Assembly (NCBI GenBank): GCA_964566535.1
Contig: CAZMIO010000002.1
Span: forward strand, 62,001 to 126,000
Direction: 5' to 3'
DNA: 64,000 nt
DNA from: an uncultured Methanosarcinales archaeon
Lineage (GTDB): Archaea > Nanobdellota > Nanobdellia > Woesearchaeales > CAZOXR01
A program made the position numbers and the translations under genes. This document shows positions 18,876-29,699 of this stretch, piece after piece (the first letter of the stretch is position 1; each line of letters opens with the position of its first letter). A model generated the notes under the pieces. It was not told the DNA's origin, did no database searches, and saw only the letters and a program-made list of their open reading frames with translations.

Positions 18876-19808
18876 ATGATATCGGATCAACAAGCAACTA
18901 AAGCAGTAAGAAAAGTATTCCCTAAATCTACGGTCATAAAAACTTCCAAAATCAGAGGAGGAATTATCAACGAAAACTACATCATAAAAATAAACAACCC
19001 AAATAGAGAGCTAGTTCTAAAGATATATCCTAAAGAAGGTTGGAAAGCAGAAAAAGAAAAATACCTTTACAACCTTATTTCGAATAAAATCAACATTCCT
19101 GTGCCTACTGTGCATAGTCTCGACACCTCAAAAAAAATATTTCCAAAAAACTATCTCCTCCTTTCAAAATTAGTAGGTGAAGAGATGACTCCTCCTAATT
19201 CAGCTGTAGTCTGTAAGATTCCAACCAGCGATGAATTAATAAGGGAATCTGGTTCGTTGCTTGCAAAAATACACTCCATAAAATTCTCATCTTACGGATG
19301 GATTATCAGATCAAAAATCTCTCCAAAATTCAGCACATGGTCAGATTTTGTTTTCTTCGACTTGGGTGAAAAAATAAATAAACTTTCAAAAACACCTAAA
19401 ATAAAAGAATCATTCATAGAGAAATCATTAAACTACATTGAAGAAAGAAAACACCTTCTAAATATCAATTCAGAACCTTGCTTATTGCACAAAGACTATC
19501 ACTGTTCGCATATTTTCGCAAACTCCAAAAAAATAACAGGCATAATTGATTTTGAGTGGTCAATAGCAGGCCATAATGAGTTAGACCTCGTAAAATCACT
19601 ATGGTGGATGTTCGAAGATTCAAAAGAACACGAAAAAACATTCCTAAAAGGATACCATAAATTTGGATCTATCTCAAAAAAGTTCGAAAAAAGAAAAAAA
19701 CTCTACAGACTATACCTCTTAATTGGACTAATTGGCTTGTCAATTGAAAAGAAAAACAAAAAATGGTTTGATTACAATTTAAAGGAAGCAAAGGAGATAC
19801 TAAAATGA
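18876..19808 (+). CDS. Aminoglycoside phosphotransferase/choline kinase family protein
   Basis: GGIINENY, VLKIY, LLHKDYHCSHIF (Brenner-like motif), GIIDFEWS. Confidence 0.85.
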   Translation: MISDQQATKAVRKVFPKSTVIKTSKIRGGIINENYIIKINNPNRELVLKIYPKEGWKAEKEKYLYNLISNKINIPVPTVHSLDTSKKIFPKNYLLLSKLVGEEMTPPNSAVVCKIPTSDELIRESGSLLAKIHSIKFSSYGWIIRSKISPKFSTWSDFVFFDLGEKINKLSKTPKIKESFIEKSLNYIEERKHLLNINSEPCLLHKDYHCSHIFANSKKITGIIDFEWSIAGHNELDLVKSLWWMFEDSKEHEKTFLKGYHKFGSISKKFEKRKKLYRLYLLIGLIGLSIEKKNKKWFDYNLKEAKEILK

Positions 19809-20629
19809 GTAATAAAACATCGTGGATTAAAAACAAAGCATACGACTGGCAGTTTTATCTACCTCCAGCTAGACCTTCAATATCAGAGTTAGCTATAATT
19901 GAGAAATATATCTTAGACAAAATTTCAAGAAAGCCAAAGAAAGCAATTAAAATGGCCATATTGGGCTGTACAGTAGAATATAGAAGTTTAGCACATAAAT
20001 ACGGGCTTAATGTGACATTAATAGATGCCTCAAAGGCGCATTATAAGATTTTATCAAAACAACATATGGCATACAAAGGAAAAGAGAAGTTAGTTGCCCA
20101 AGATTGGAGACAAATGAAAATAAGTGAGAAATTCGATTTCATTCTAGCAGATAATGTACTAAACATGTTAAACAATCAACAAAGAGCACTAGCATTAAAA
20201 AATATCTCAGGACTACTTAATAAAGAGGGACTGTTCCTACCAAGAACATTCGTCTCCCTAAAAAATATGCCAAAAAACTGGAAAGAAATACTAAAAATAG
20301 TTAGATCAAAGTATCCTTCCGTAGATTTTTATGTGTCAACTGCAGCTTTTGTTTATCCAGCTTACAAAAACAAACTTACTGAGTTCACTGATGTCTCCAG
20401 ATTATTAGAAGATTTAAGAGAATTAAAAAATAAAAATAGTATAACAAAAAAAGAATTTGATTACTGGAATGGTAGAATGACTTTTGACAAAATTGGCATT
20501 GCAGTCCCACCATTAAAAAATCTGAATAAACAATTAAATCAATCATTTAAAATAAAAGAGGTATTAGAAGGAAACGATGTTTACTCTAGATATCTGAAGG
20601 TTCACGTTTTAAGAGCGAGGCTAAAATGA
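19805..20629 (+). CDS. Class I SAM-dependent methyltransferase-like protein
   Basis: AILGCTVEYR motif I variant, VTLIDAS, QDWRQM, FDFILAD, LNKEGLF. Confidence 0.7.
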   Translation: MSNKTSWIKNKAYDWQFYLPPARPSISELAIIEKYILDKISRKPKKAIKMAILGCTVEYRSLAHKYGLNVTLIDASKAHYKILSKQHMAYKGKEKLVAQDWRQMKISEKFDFILADNVLNMLNNQQRALALKNISGLLNKEGLFLPRTFVSLKNMPKNWKEILKIVRSKYPSVDFYVSTAAFVYPAYKNKLTEFTDVSRLLEDLRELKNKNSITKKEFDYWNGRMTFDKIGIAVPPLKNLNKQLNQSFKIKEVLEGNDVYSRYLKVHVLRARLK

Positions 20630-21258
20630 ATATAACAAAACTGACCGAACAATATATTTCAAATCACCCAAGTATAAAGGATGGCATGAAAAAAGGAATA
20701 ATCAATTATTCCAAACTTTCAAGACAAATTGCAGAAGATTCAGACATAGACCTAAAGAAAAACTTCGATGCAATACTAATAGCCTGCAGAAGATATTCAG
20801 ACAAATTAAAATCATACGAAACAAAAGAATCTAAAGTTCTAAAAATACTTAAACAAAGCAAAGTAGAGATAAAAAATAAAATAATTGTTGTAGTAATTGA
20901 AAAAAGCATATACTTTGATAACCTTCTAACATTAGAAAAAGAAATAAAGAAGAAAGCAGAAATCTTCAACCTAATTGAAGGTACAAATGCCATAACATTA
21001 ATCACAACTGAAGAATTTCTAGATAAAATAAGAACACTATTCAAAAGCAAGATCATTAAAGAAAACAAAGACCTAGTAGAAATAACTTTAAGAAGCCCAA
21101 AGGAAATAGAAACTACGCCAGGAGTTATCAACTACCTCTACTCATTGTTCTGGGACAATGATATCAACATTGTAGAAACAATGAGCTGCTGGACAGACAC
21201 CTTATTTGTAATCAAAGAAGAAGATATTGGAAGAATAATGCCATTATTAAAATTCTAA
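20626..21258 (+). CDS. Archaeal HTH plus ACT-domain protein
   Basis: GIINYSKLSRQI N-terminus; TPGVINYLYSLF..NDINIVETMSCWTDTLFVI ACT domain. Confidence 0.8.
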   Translation: MNITKLTEQYISNHPSIKDGMKKGIINYSKLSRQIAEDSDIDLKKNFDAILIACRRYSDKLKSYETKESKVLKILKQSKVEIKNKIIVVVIEKSIYFDNLLTLEKEIKKKAEIFNLIEGTNAITLITTEEFLDKIRTLFKSKIIKENKDLVEITLRSPKEIETTPGVINYLYSLFWDNDINIVETMSCWTDTLFVIKEEDIGRIMPLLKF

Positions 21259-21267
21259 ACTTAATCA

Positions 21268-21864
21268 TCACTTCTTAACAAACCCTTCAGAATCAATCAT
21301 ATGCCCTAACTTCTTTTTCTTAGTATCTAGATAGTCTTTATTCTTCACATTAGCCTTTATGATTATTGGAACTCTCTCAGCAATCTTAATCCCATACTTC
21401 TCCAATCCTTCAATCTTCTTAGGATTATTTGTCAATAGTCTTATCGAAGTCACACCAATGTCCAATAATATATTTGCACCAACTGTATAATCTCGAAGAT
21501 CTGCCTTAAAACCTAACTTCTCATTCGCCTCAACGGTATCAAAGCCCTCATCTTGCAGATTATAAGCCTTAATCTTATTCAACAAACCAATCCCCCTTCC
21601 CTCTTGACGAAGATAAAGTAAAACTCCCCCTTCCTTAGAAATCATCTCCAAAGCCTTATCCAATTGTTCCCCACAATCACATTTCAGAGAATGAAAAACA
21701 TCTCCAGTCAGACATTCAGAATGGACCCTAACCAATATGCCTTTCTTAGTTGGATCCCCCTTTACTAAAGCCGCATGGAACCCTTCCTTGCATTCATAAC
21801 AATAAATATCAAAATCCCCATACTTTGTCGGAAGCTTTGCTTTTGCTTTCCTTTTTGTATCCAT
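21268..21864 (-). CDS. ribA: GTP cyclohydrolase II
   Basis: [35 protein letters not shown]. Confidence 0.97.
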   Translation of the reverse strand: MDTKRKAKAKLPTKYGDFDIYCYECKEGFHAALVKGDPTKKGILVRVHSECLTGDVFHSLKCDCGEQLDKALEMISKEGGVLLYLRQEGRGIGLLNKIKAYNLQDEGFDTVEANEKLGFKADLRDYTVGANILLDIGVTSIRLLTNNPKKIEGLEKYGIKIAERVPIIIKANVKNKDYLDTKKKKLGHMIDSEGFVKK

Positions 21865-21975
21865 AAGAATAGAGAATAAATTTAATTATATAAATCTATC
21901 CTTATGTATTATAAAATTACCGACGGAGATAAAAATAGATTATGTCTAATTTAAAAAAACAACCAAAATAACTAA

Positions 21976-22458
21976 TCATTTAAACTTCTCTTTCAATTTC
22001 TTCTCAACTAATTTAGGTACCAATTCAGTTACACATCCACCAAACTGTGCCATTTCCTTAACAATACTAGAATTAAGATAACAATAGCTTCCTTTTGTCA
22101 TAATAAATATGGTTTCAACCTTACTGTCAACTTTTCTATTCATCAAAGCCCTCTGAAACTCAAATTCAAAGTCAGAAACTGCACGTAAACCTCTGATTAT
22201 TACACTTGCCTTCTCCCTCTTGACAAAATCTAAAAGAAGACCAGAAAAACTTTTAACTTCAACACCCTTCAACCCTTTGGTTACTTTCTTCAGAATATCT
22301 ACTCTTTCATCAACACTAAATAAAGATTTTTTCTCAAGATTATCCCCTACAGCTACAACAACTTTATCAAATATTCTCATAGCCCTCTCAATAACATCCA
22401 TATGTCCATTAGTCACAGGATCAAAAGACCCAGGATAAACTGCAATTTTTGCTTTCAT
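21976..22458 (-). CDS. coaD: Pantetheine-phosphate adenylyltransferase (bacterial type)
   Basis: [32 protein letters not shown]. Confidence 0.97.
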   Translation of the reverse strand: MKAKIAVYPGSFDPVTNGHMDVIERAMRIFDKVVVAVGDNLEKKSLFSVDERVDILKKVTKGLKGVEVKSFSGLLLDFVKREKASVIIRGLRAVSDFEFEFQRALMNRKVDSKVETIFIMTKGSYCYLNSSIVKEMAQFGGCVTELVPKLVEKKLKEKFK

Positions 22459-23000
22459 TTTAACTCACTTACAATCCCCTTAACTTGCCCATTCAATTCA
22501 CTTAATGACTTATTGTTATCAACAATATAGTCGGCATATTTTAATCTTTTGCTCTGACTCGTCTGCACCTTAATTATATTGTTTATAACCTGTTTTGAGT
22601 ATCTTTTAACCTTTAATAGCCTTTTCATTTGATTCTCCTTATTAGTCTTAACTACAACAACTTTATCAACATATTTATGCCACCCAGCTTCAATCAAAAC
22701 AGCAGCTTCAATTACTACTTTTTTTTTACCTTTTATTAACGTCTTAATCTTACCAGATATCAATGGCCACATTATCTTATTCAGTTTTCTTAACTTACTT
22801 GTATCATTAAAGACAATCCTGCCTAACTTCTCCCGATTAGCTGTACCAAACTCCCCAATCACTTTCTTCTTAACAATTTCTTCATTCAACAACTTATGCC
22901 CCACCTTATCTGCATCAACAATCTTATAACCATATTTACCAAACATTCCTGCAACAGCGGATTTACCCGAACCAATCCCCCCAGTTAAACCAATTATCAT
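22455..23000 (-). CDS. coaE: Dephospho-CoA kinase (bacterial type)
   Basis: [30 protein letters not shown]; overlaps coaD start. Confidence 0.93.
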   Translation of the reverse strand: MIIGLTGGIGSGKSAVAGMFGKYGYKIVDADKVGHKLLNEEIVKKKVIGEFGTANREKLGRIVFNDTSKLRKLNKIMWPLISGKIKTLIKGKKKVVIEAAVLIEAGWHKYVDKVVVVKTNKENQMKRLLKVKRYSKQVINNIIKVQTSQSKRLKYADYIVDNNKSLSELNGQVKGIVSELK

Positions 23001-23062
23001 TCAAATACTAAAGTCCATAAAGTTTATAAAGATTACTGATAAAGCCAATAGCATAAAACAAA

Positions 23063-24034
23063 ATGGCTGACCCACTAACATGGATTGTAGTATTCTTAGT
23101 AAGCATCATTGTATTAATCAAAGCCTCAGATTACTTTACCGATTCTGCTGAAAAAATAGGCCTCTTCTTCAAAATCCCTCCATTTATCATAGGAGTTACA
23201 ATTGTCGCAATCGGAACATCTTTACCAGAACTCATCTCATCCATTATCGCAGTAATGAAAGGTTCACCAGGAATAGTTGCAGGAAATGTAGTAGGTTCAA
23301 ACATCGCAAACATATTCTTCGTTCTAGGAATAGCAGCCATCATAAGCAAAAAAGTAATCAAAATTGAATTCGAACTCATTCACGTTGACTTACCAATGTT
23401 AATTGGTTCTGCCTTCCTACTTACACTAACCTTCCTTGATGGAGTTTTTACTTTTGGAGAAGGGCTCCTCAGCATCGCAGGTATTATACTCTACCTAATC
23501 TACACCTCCACAACAAAAAGAGAGCATAGAGACTTTGAGATAAGTGACAAGGTGAAAAAAGAGGAAAAGGTTCTCGAAGAAAAAAAGTTAAACTGGACAA
23601 CAATTCTCATTTTGATAGCCAGTTCAATTTTCATATTCATAGGGGCAAAATATACAGTCGAATCTGTAATAGAACTCTCACAAATCTTCAGTATTGGAGC
23701 AGAAGTAATCGCAGCTAGCGCAGTAGCATTGGGAACATCATTACCTGAGTTAATGGTAACTGTCTCCGCAGCAAGAAAAGGTCAAACTGAAATGGCACTA
23801 GGAAATGTTCTTGGCTCAAATGTATTCAACTCCTTCGCTGTAATGGGCATAGCTGTCTTGTTTGGAGACATCACAATACCATCAAGCATCTTAACATTCG
23901 CACTACCAGTAATGGTCATAGCAACACTCCTTTACTTCTTCATAACCTTAGGAAAGGAAATCACAAAATGGGAAGGATGGCTTCTAATTATATTCTACAT
24001 ATTCTTTATAGGAAAGTTATTTAATTTATTCTAA
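23063..24034 (+). CDS. Ca2+/Na+ antiporter (CaCA/YrbG family)
   Basis: Two alpha repeats GTSLPEL and GNVVGSN/GNVLGSN; ~10 TM. Confidence 0.93.
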   Translation: MADPLTWIVVFLVSIIVLIKASDYFTDSAEKIGLFFKIPPFIIGVTIVAIGTSLPELISSIIAVMKGSPGIVAGNVVGSNIANIFFVLGIAAIISKKVIKIEFELIHVDLPMLIGSAFLLTLTFLDGVFTFGEGLLSIAGIILYLIYTSTTKREHRDFEISDKVKKEEKVLEEKKLNWTTILILIASSIFIFIGAKYTVESVIELSQIFSIGAEVIAASAVALGTSLPELMVTVSAARKGQTEMALGNVLGSNVFNSFAVMGIAVLFGDITIPSSILTFALPVMVIATLLYFFITLGKEITKWEGWLLIIFYIFFIGKLFNLF

Positions 24035-24144
24035 CATACCAATCCTTCTAGATAAACTTTTTATACTAACTACCATTTCTGATACTTAGAGGGGTGAACA
24101 TAACAATACACTCCAAGATTTCTTGGAGAATAAATGGTGATAAA

Positions 24145-24516
24145 ATGGTTAAACAACTTGAAGCAGAACTAATAGTAAGCGGAGTTAAAAACCCAGATGA
24201 TACTAGGTGGGTCCCAAGGCTTAAGATTACTGGAGATTTAACAAGAGAAGCCGTAGATGAAGTATTCAAGGATCCAGAAAAAAGACGAGCTCCTTATACT
24301 GATGTAGGAGATAGAACAAGAGAAGCCGTAGATGAAGTATTCCCAGAAGCAAGACTAAGACTATTCATGTATACTTGGATGCCAGCAAGAGATGGTAACA
24401 CTGGTGATGTAAGTTACCTAGTAAAAAATGGAGCTGAAGCATCAGCTTTAATAACTACACTCAATGCAAGACTAGAATCCCATGGTTACCACATCAACCC
24501 AGTTGGAGAATATTGA
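24145..24516 (+). CDS. Hypothetical protein with internal duplication
   Basis: GGTGA SD before ATG 24145; TREAVDEVF occurs twice. Confidence 0.6.
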   Translation: MVKQLEAELIVSGVKNPDDTRWVPRLKITGDLTREAVDEVFKDPEKRRAPYTDVGDRTREAVDEVFPEARLRLFMYTWMPARDGNTGDVSYLVKNGAEASALITTLNARLESHGYHINPVGEY

Positions 24517-24541
24517 ACCAAGCTGTCCAGATTCATCATAA

Positions 24542-27500
24542 CTAAAAATTCTTATAAACTTTCTTTTTTTTAATTCCATTCGTTCTCCTAAAAAACACAA
24601 TCGAAATTACCAAAATAAACAACAAAATACCTAAAATAACAATAACACCTATGTCTCTAACAACATCAAGAGACAATCCAAATCCCACATCACCACCACT
24701 ATCTATCTCATCAACAACTTCTCCAGTAATCTCTTCAGCAATTGATTCATTAACGCCTTCTTCCTCAGCTTTCTTCTCACCAGTTATCGCAAAATAAGAA
24801 AATCCACCAACAGTTGATTCATAAGTAATAAACTTCCCAATATCATTAACCTTCTCCGTTCCCAACTTACTCCACCCACCATCATAAATATTCAAAATAA
24901 CAGAATCCTCATCAACATTATTATCAACAATCCACGTTTTAACGACCTTAAAAGTAACTAACAAATTCTCAATATCTTCATCAACTATCTTTTTCTTACT
25001 AATCTCTAAAAATTCATAAGCCACTCCGTAAACGTCCTTCTCAATAACACTCGGCTTCACCTTACCTAAATTAGAAACCTTAACCTCAGCATTCTTAACC
25101 TCATTCTTAGCATTAACAATCACCTTAGAAATACTGATAGTATCTTTATCTATCTCCATAACATTCTCACCAATAACCAAAACCGGCCACAATTTCCCGT
25201 AACTAGTCGTTGAACTACTACCCCCTCCACCGCCTCCACCGCCTCCTCCTCCACCTCCCCCCCCACTACCGCCGCTAGAAGATGCAGGACATGCTGTGTC
25301 AGAGCCATCACAATTCTCATCGACTGAATTCCCACAAACTTCTGTCCCAGAAGGGTTTATACCGGCATTGTTGTCATTACAATCTGCTCCACTCAAACAA
25401 CCAACACCATAACCATCGCTATCCTTATCAGTACATGCTTCTTTGATCCCAGAATGGTTCAAACCTTCAATCTTAAACTTATTCCCAACTAAAGTACACA
25501 AATAGCCACTTGAATTATAACCACTAGTTGTACAGTTCAAAGGATATTCATTAGTCTCATTGCAATAAGTAGAAATAACTGAAATATTATTAATCTCCTC
25601 ATCCCTTATACAAATTCCTGAAGAACTTGAATTGAAATGATCCATATAGACAGTCTTATTAAAATTATGAAGACTAAGATTAATCCCTTTAACAACAACA
25701 AATCCAGAATCATTAGATGTCTGCTTATCTACAGTAACAGCAGACAGATTCAAAAAAGCCTTGCTAAAATTATAACTAAACGTTACAACAGTATCTGTAC
25801 CATTACTAAGGTTAACACTCTGAACACCTGTAAAAATCTGTGAGAAATCAGTTGAGCTAGCTATAGTAACATTCAAAACTGAAAACGAAGTAGTATTTAC
25901 AGTGGATGCATTTCCAAAAACAACACCATCATCAATAATGCCATTACAATTGTCATCTATATCATTATAACTCTCACTAACACCTGGATTAATCAAAGGA
26001 TTAGTCTCATTACAATCCGTTCCCCCCATAGAAATATTAGAATAACCATCGTTGTCTCCATCAGAATCAATCAAATAATCTGAGTTCAAATACCAGGGAT
26101 CATACAAATAACCAGAAAGATTCCTATCTATAAATGTTCCATTCATAGTCCCCCAATAGTTATAGGATAAATTTACAGACAGACTAGACAAAACAACCCA
26201 AGCAGAATTATTAAAGATACTATTGTTCTTCACAGTCACATCGGAAGAATAGTTCACCAAAAGCCCAATCCTAAAATTCTCTATTGTGCACCGCTTTATC
26301 GTAATGTTCTCAACACTCCGATTAACCTCAATCCCAACAGAATTTAAATTAGTAAAATCCCCACTCCCGTTAAGTATACTTTGATTACAGTCCAATACAG
26401 TGTTGTTCCCAGCAATATTAACCCCACTATCCAAATTAAAAGTGTCCCTACAAAAAGTAGTGTTCGAAATCAAAGTCATATTGTCCTTAGCAGAAACACA
26501 TGAAGCATTTACAAAGATATACCTCACACCAGTAACTCCAAAATTACCAGCAGCATCACTCCCAAAAACTCTATAAGAATAATTTCCAAAATTAATCTGA
26601 GTCTCATTAAAGAACCAATTCTTCCCAGAACCTTGCATCGTCTGGTTATTAGTCCCGTTCCATTCAACTAATGCAGCAGACAAAATCTCTGTACTTGTAA
26701 TATTTACAAAAACTGAATTATTAAAACTAACACTGTTATTTTCTGGAGTCGCATTAACAAAAGTAATATTTGGAACAATCTTATCAAGAGAAAGTAATGC
26801 CTTATAGATATTTAATCTAGGCATCGTTAATCCAGAAGCACCAAAGTCAGTAAGATTATCTGAATTCCCTCTAAGAATACTCAAAACATCAGATTGGTTC
26901 AATGTTGAGTTATACGACAACAGCATACCAACAGCTCCAGAAACATGTGGAGTAGCCATAGAAGTCCCAGATAAAGTCGCATAAGTATTATCATAATAAG
27001 TACTGTATATACTGTCACCTGGAGCACCAACATCAACCCATGAGCCATAATTAGAACCTCCTGCTTTGGTATCAGTACTTGTTGTCCACGCAACAGATAT
27101 TACATTCGAATAAGCAGCAGGATATGAATTAGTTATAGAATTAGTGTTCTCATTACCTGCAGCTGCAATTAGTATCACACTTTTATTATAAGCATAATCA
27201 ATTGCTTCCTGTACAACAGCCGAATCCCCACCACCAAAACTCATACTAATGATATCAGCCCCATTATCAGCAGCATAATGCAGTGCTTGAGATATATCAG
27301 CAGCAGTTAGGGACCCATCACCATCAGCTTCCTTATACCCTGCCCTTATCGGCATGATAGTACAATTCCAGCAAACCCCTGCTACGCCTACCCCATTATT
27401 TGTATCAGCAGCCACAATTCCAGCTACATGAGTTCCATGACCATGAAAATCCATTGAATTATTATCCTCATTACCATCACAATCCTCTCCATCTGCACAG

Positions 27501-28126
27501 CCAGAAGAAGTATCCACAAAATCGTATCCATTATAATCATCAACATAATTATTACCGTCATTATCAACTCCGTCATAAGGGTCCTCATCACTATTATTCC
27601 ATATCCTTAAATCAAGATCAGGGTGATTCCAATCAACACCAGTATCGACAACCGCAATAATAACAGTTCCATTCCCTTTTGTAATATTCCATGCCAATGT
27701 TGCATTAATCTTAGGAATATTCCATTGATTCACATGTATGTCATCAGCCTGTTCAAACGTCCTCAAAATATAATTAGGTTCTGCAAATTCCACATTAGGG
27801 TTCTTCTTATATTCCCTAAGCGCCCTCTTCATATCTTTCTTATTGGCAAACTTAATTTTCTGAATCCTTTTGTCTTTCTTCAAAACTTGGTCTTTCTTCC
27901 TTACCTTAAATTCCCTATCTAACTCATCAATAGATTTTGATCTAACCATCATCCTGCTCCTAAAACCTTTCTTGGCTGGCTCTTCCTTATACTTCACAAT
28001 AATCTCTCCAGGAACATAATCCTCTCCCGCCAAATCATCCTCAAAAATCTCAGAATTAACTGAATAAACAAGACCAATAACTAGCAAAAACATTACTAAA
28101 ATCATCACACCCCTTTTCATACTCAA
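24542..28126 (-). CDS. Membrane-anchored S8 subtilase with beta-helix, Cys-rich (MopE-like) repeats, poly-Gly linker and PGF-pre-PGF domain
   Basis: Triad VVDTGVD, HGTHVAG, GTSMATPHV; DCNDNNAGINP repeats; GFSYFAITG; C-terminal TM. Confidence 0.92.
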   Translation of the reverse strand: MSMKRGVMILVMFLLVIGLVYSVNSEIFEDDLAGEDYVPGEIIVKYKEEPAKKGFRSRMMVRSKSIDELDREFKVRKKDQVLKKDKRIQKIKFANKKDMKRALREYKKNPNVEFAEPNYILRTFEQADDIHVNQWNIPKINATLAWNITKGNGTVIIAVVDTGVDWNHPDLDLRIWNNSDEDPYDGVDNDGNNYVDDYNGYDFVDTSSGCADGEDCDGNEDNNSMDFHGHGTHVAGIVAADTNNGVGVAGVCWNCTIMPIRAGYKEADGDGSLTAADISQALHYAADNGADIISMSFGGGDSAVVQEAIDYAYNKSVILIAAAGNENTNSITNSYPAAYSNVISVAWTTSTDTKAGGSNYGSWVDVGAPGDSIYSTYYDNTYATLSGTSMATPHVSGAVGMLLSYNSTLNQSDVLSILRGNSDNLTDFGASGLTMPRLNIYKALLSLDKIVPNITFVNATPENNSVSFNNSVFVNITSTEILSAALVEWNGTNNQTMQGSGKNWFFNETQINFGNYSYRVFGSDAAGNFGVTGVRYIFVNASCVSAKDNMTLISNTTFCRDTFNLDSGVNIAGNNTVLDCNQSILNGSGDFTNLNSVGIEVNRSVENITIKRCTIENFRIGLLVNYSSDVTVKNNSIFNNSAWVVLSSLSVNLSYNYWGTMNGTFIDRNLSGYLYDPWYLNSDYLIDSDGDNDGYSNISMGGTDCNETNPLINPGVSESYNDIDDNCNGIIDDGVVFGNASTVNTTSFSVLNVTIASSTDFSQIFTGVQSVNLSNGTDTVVTFSYNFSKAFLNLSAVTVDKQTSNDSGFVVVKGINLSLHNFNKTVYMDHFNSSSSGICIRDEEINNISVISTYCNETNEYPLNCTTSGYNSSGYLCTLVGNKFKIEGLNHSGIKEACTDKDSDGYGVGCLSGADCNDNNAGINPSGTEVCGNSVDENCDGSDTACPASSSGGSGGGGGGGGGGGGGGGSSSTTSYGKLWPVLVIGENVMEIDKDTISISKVIVNAKNEVKNAEVKVSNLGKVKPSVIEKDVYGVAYEFLEISKKKIVDEDIENLLVTFKVVKTWIVDNNVDEDSVILNIYDGGWSKLGTEKVNDIGKFITYESTVGGFSYFAITGEKKAEEEGVNESIAEEITGEVVDEIDSGGDVGFGLSLDVVRDIGVIVILGILLFILVISIVFFRRTNGIKKKKVYKNF

Positions 28127-28164
28127 CCAACTACCATAAAGTTATATAAATTTTATGCCTACAC

Positions 28165-29085
28165 TCAAATCCAAATATCTAATCTACTGCTTGTCTCAGT
28201 TTTTTCAAAAAATGCTGTACCTATTCCCTTACCCACAAAAAAAGAATTTTGATTAAGGGCACTTGCAAAAACATCAAACAATGATCTCTCCCTCATATAT
28301 TCAGCAATATCTGCAGTAATATTAATCTCAGTTTCAATAAACTTAACAGCTTCCTTCTCTCCACCAAGCTCATCAACTAACCCAACATCCATAGCCTCAG
28401 AACCAAGATAAAATATTCCTGAAGAAATCTCTTTAACTTGCCATTCCTCTAAGTCTCTGTTCTCCTTGACTGCCTCAATAAAGTAATCATGCATCTTATC
28501 AATCTTTTTCTGTAGCATAACCCTCTCAGTCGCACTCAGTCTTTTCAACGGGTCTCCCAAGTCCTTATACTCCCCACCAACAAACCTACGATAAGACATA
28601 TTATACCTTTCAATAAACCCAGCAAATTCAATATGGGAAGCAATAACCCCAACAGACCCAGTCACTGACATCTGATTTGCAACAATATGGTCAGTTGCAG
28701 ATGCAATCCAATAAGCCCCTGACGCTCCTGCATCCCTAATCCACGCAACTGTTGTCTTATTAATCTCTTTTACCTTATCAGCAATCTCAACAGAAGCAAC
28801 GGGAGTCCCTCCAGGACTATTAATCTCAAGTATTATTGCCTGAACAGAAGGATTACTCTCAGCTTTCTCAAGGAAGTTAATTATCTCATCAGAAGAAACA
28901 ACATCGCCCATCAGTCCCCCTTCTCCATTAGATATAACTCCTTTTATAGGTATTAATGCAACATTTCCAGAAACGCTATCAAAATCATTATCCACAAATA
29001 AAGATAAGATTCCTGCCATAATAAAACTAATTAACCCTAGTATAATTAAAAAAACAATTATGAATCCCCATTTTTTGTTTTTCAT
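28165..29085 (-). CDS. sppA: Signal peptide peptidase SppA (S49)
   Basis: INSPGG, GASGAYWIA, GSVGV, GLVDELG; SD GGTGA before ATG 29085. Confidence 0.93.
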   Translation of the reverse strand: MKNKKWGFIIVFLIILGLISFIMAGILSLFVDNDFDSVSGNVALIPIKGVISNGEGGLMGDVVSSDEIINFLEKAESNPSVQAIILEINSPGGTPVASVEIADKVKEINKTTVAWIRDAGASGAYWIASATDHIVANQMSVTGSVGVIASHIEFAGFIERYNMSYRRFVGGEYKDLGDPLKRLSATERVMLQKKIDKMHDYFIEAVKENRDLEEWQVKEISSGIFYLGSEAMDVGLVDELGGEKEAVKFIETEINITADIAEYMRERSLFDVFASALNQNSFFVGKGIGTAFFEKTETSSRLDIWI

Positions 29086-29101
29086 ATTATCATCACCTTC
29101 A

Positions 29102-29608
29102 TCAAACAGTATAATCCTGAATTGTTTTTGTTTTACTAAATATTTCACTTAACCTTTGATTATCCTTATTAAAGAACATCACAATTGGGTCTATCAGCCA
29201 TAATAGGATAAATGGGAACACAGGTAAAACAAATAAACTTCTAACAATTGCTTGCCAAAACTTCATCTTCTTTTTCTCACTTACAACAAATACATTCATG
29301 AACATCTTACCAATCGTCTGGCCCAGTTTCCATTCCAATATTGCAAAGTACAATAAAGATAAAATTCCAATAAACAAAGTAATAGTAGTCAATAAACCAG
29401 TAAACCCTGGATTCTCAATCAAAAAGTCAAATGTCTGAGAATATGATCCTCCCGCAGGCATAAGGTTCACAAGAATCCTTCTAAAAGGAAGAGCAATAAC
29501 AAAATCTATGATTATTAAGTCTATCAAAAAAGCAAAAAGCCGTTTCCAAATAGAAGCAGGACCCTTAAACCTCTTTTCTTTAGGCAGTTTCAATGATATT
29601 CTCGCCAT
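29102..29608 (-). CDS. RDD family membrane protein
   Basis: ASIWKRLFAFLID, GQTIGK. Confidence 0.88.
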   Translation of the reverse strand: MARISLKLPKEKRFKGPASIWKRLFAFLIDLIIIDFVIALPFRRILVNLMPAGGSYSQTFDFLIENPGFTGLLTTITLFIGILSLLYFAILEWKLGQTIGKMFMNVFVVSEKKKMKFWQAIVRSLFVLPVFPFILLWLIDPIVMFFNKDNQRLSEIFSKTKTIQDYTV

Positions 29609-29699
29609 ATTAACCAATTAAGTTTACCATTTTATAAAACTTTGTGTTCACTTTTAAAACAAAAACCTTTATAAGTTAGCCGGCCTTCTTAAACGAGAT

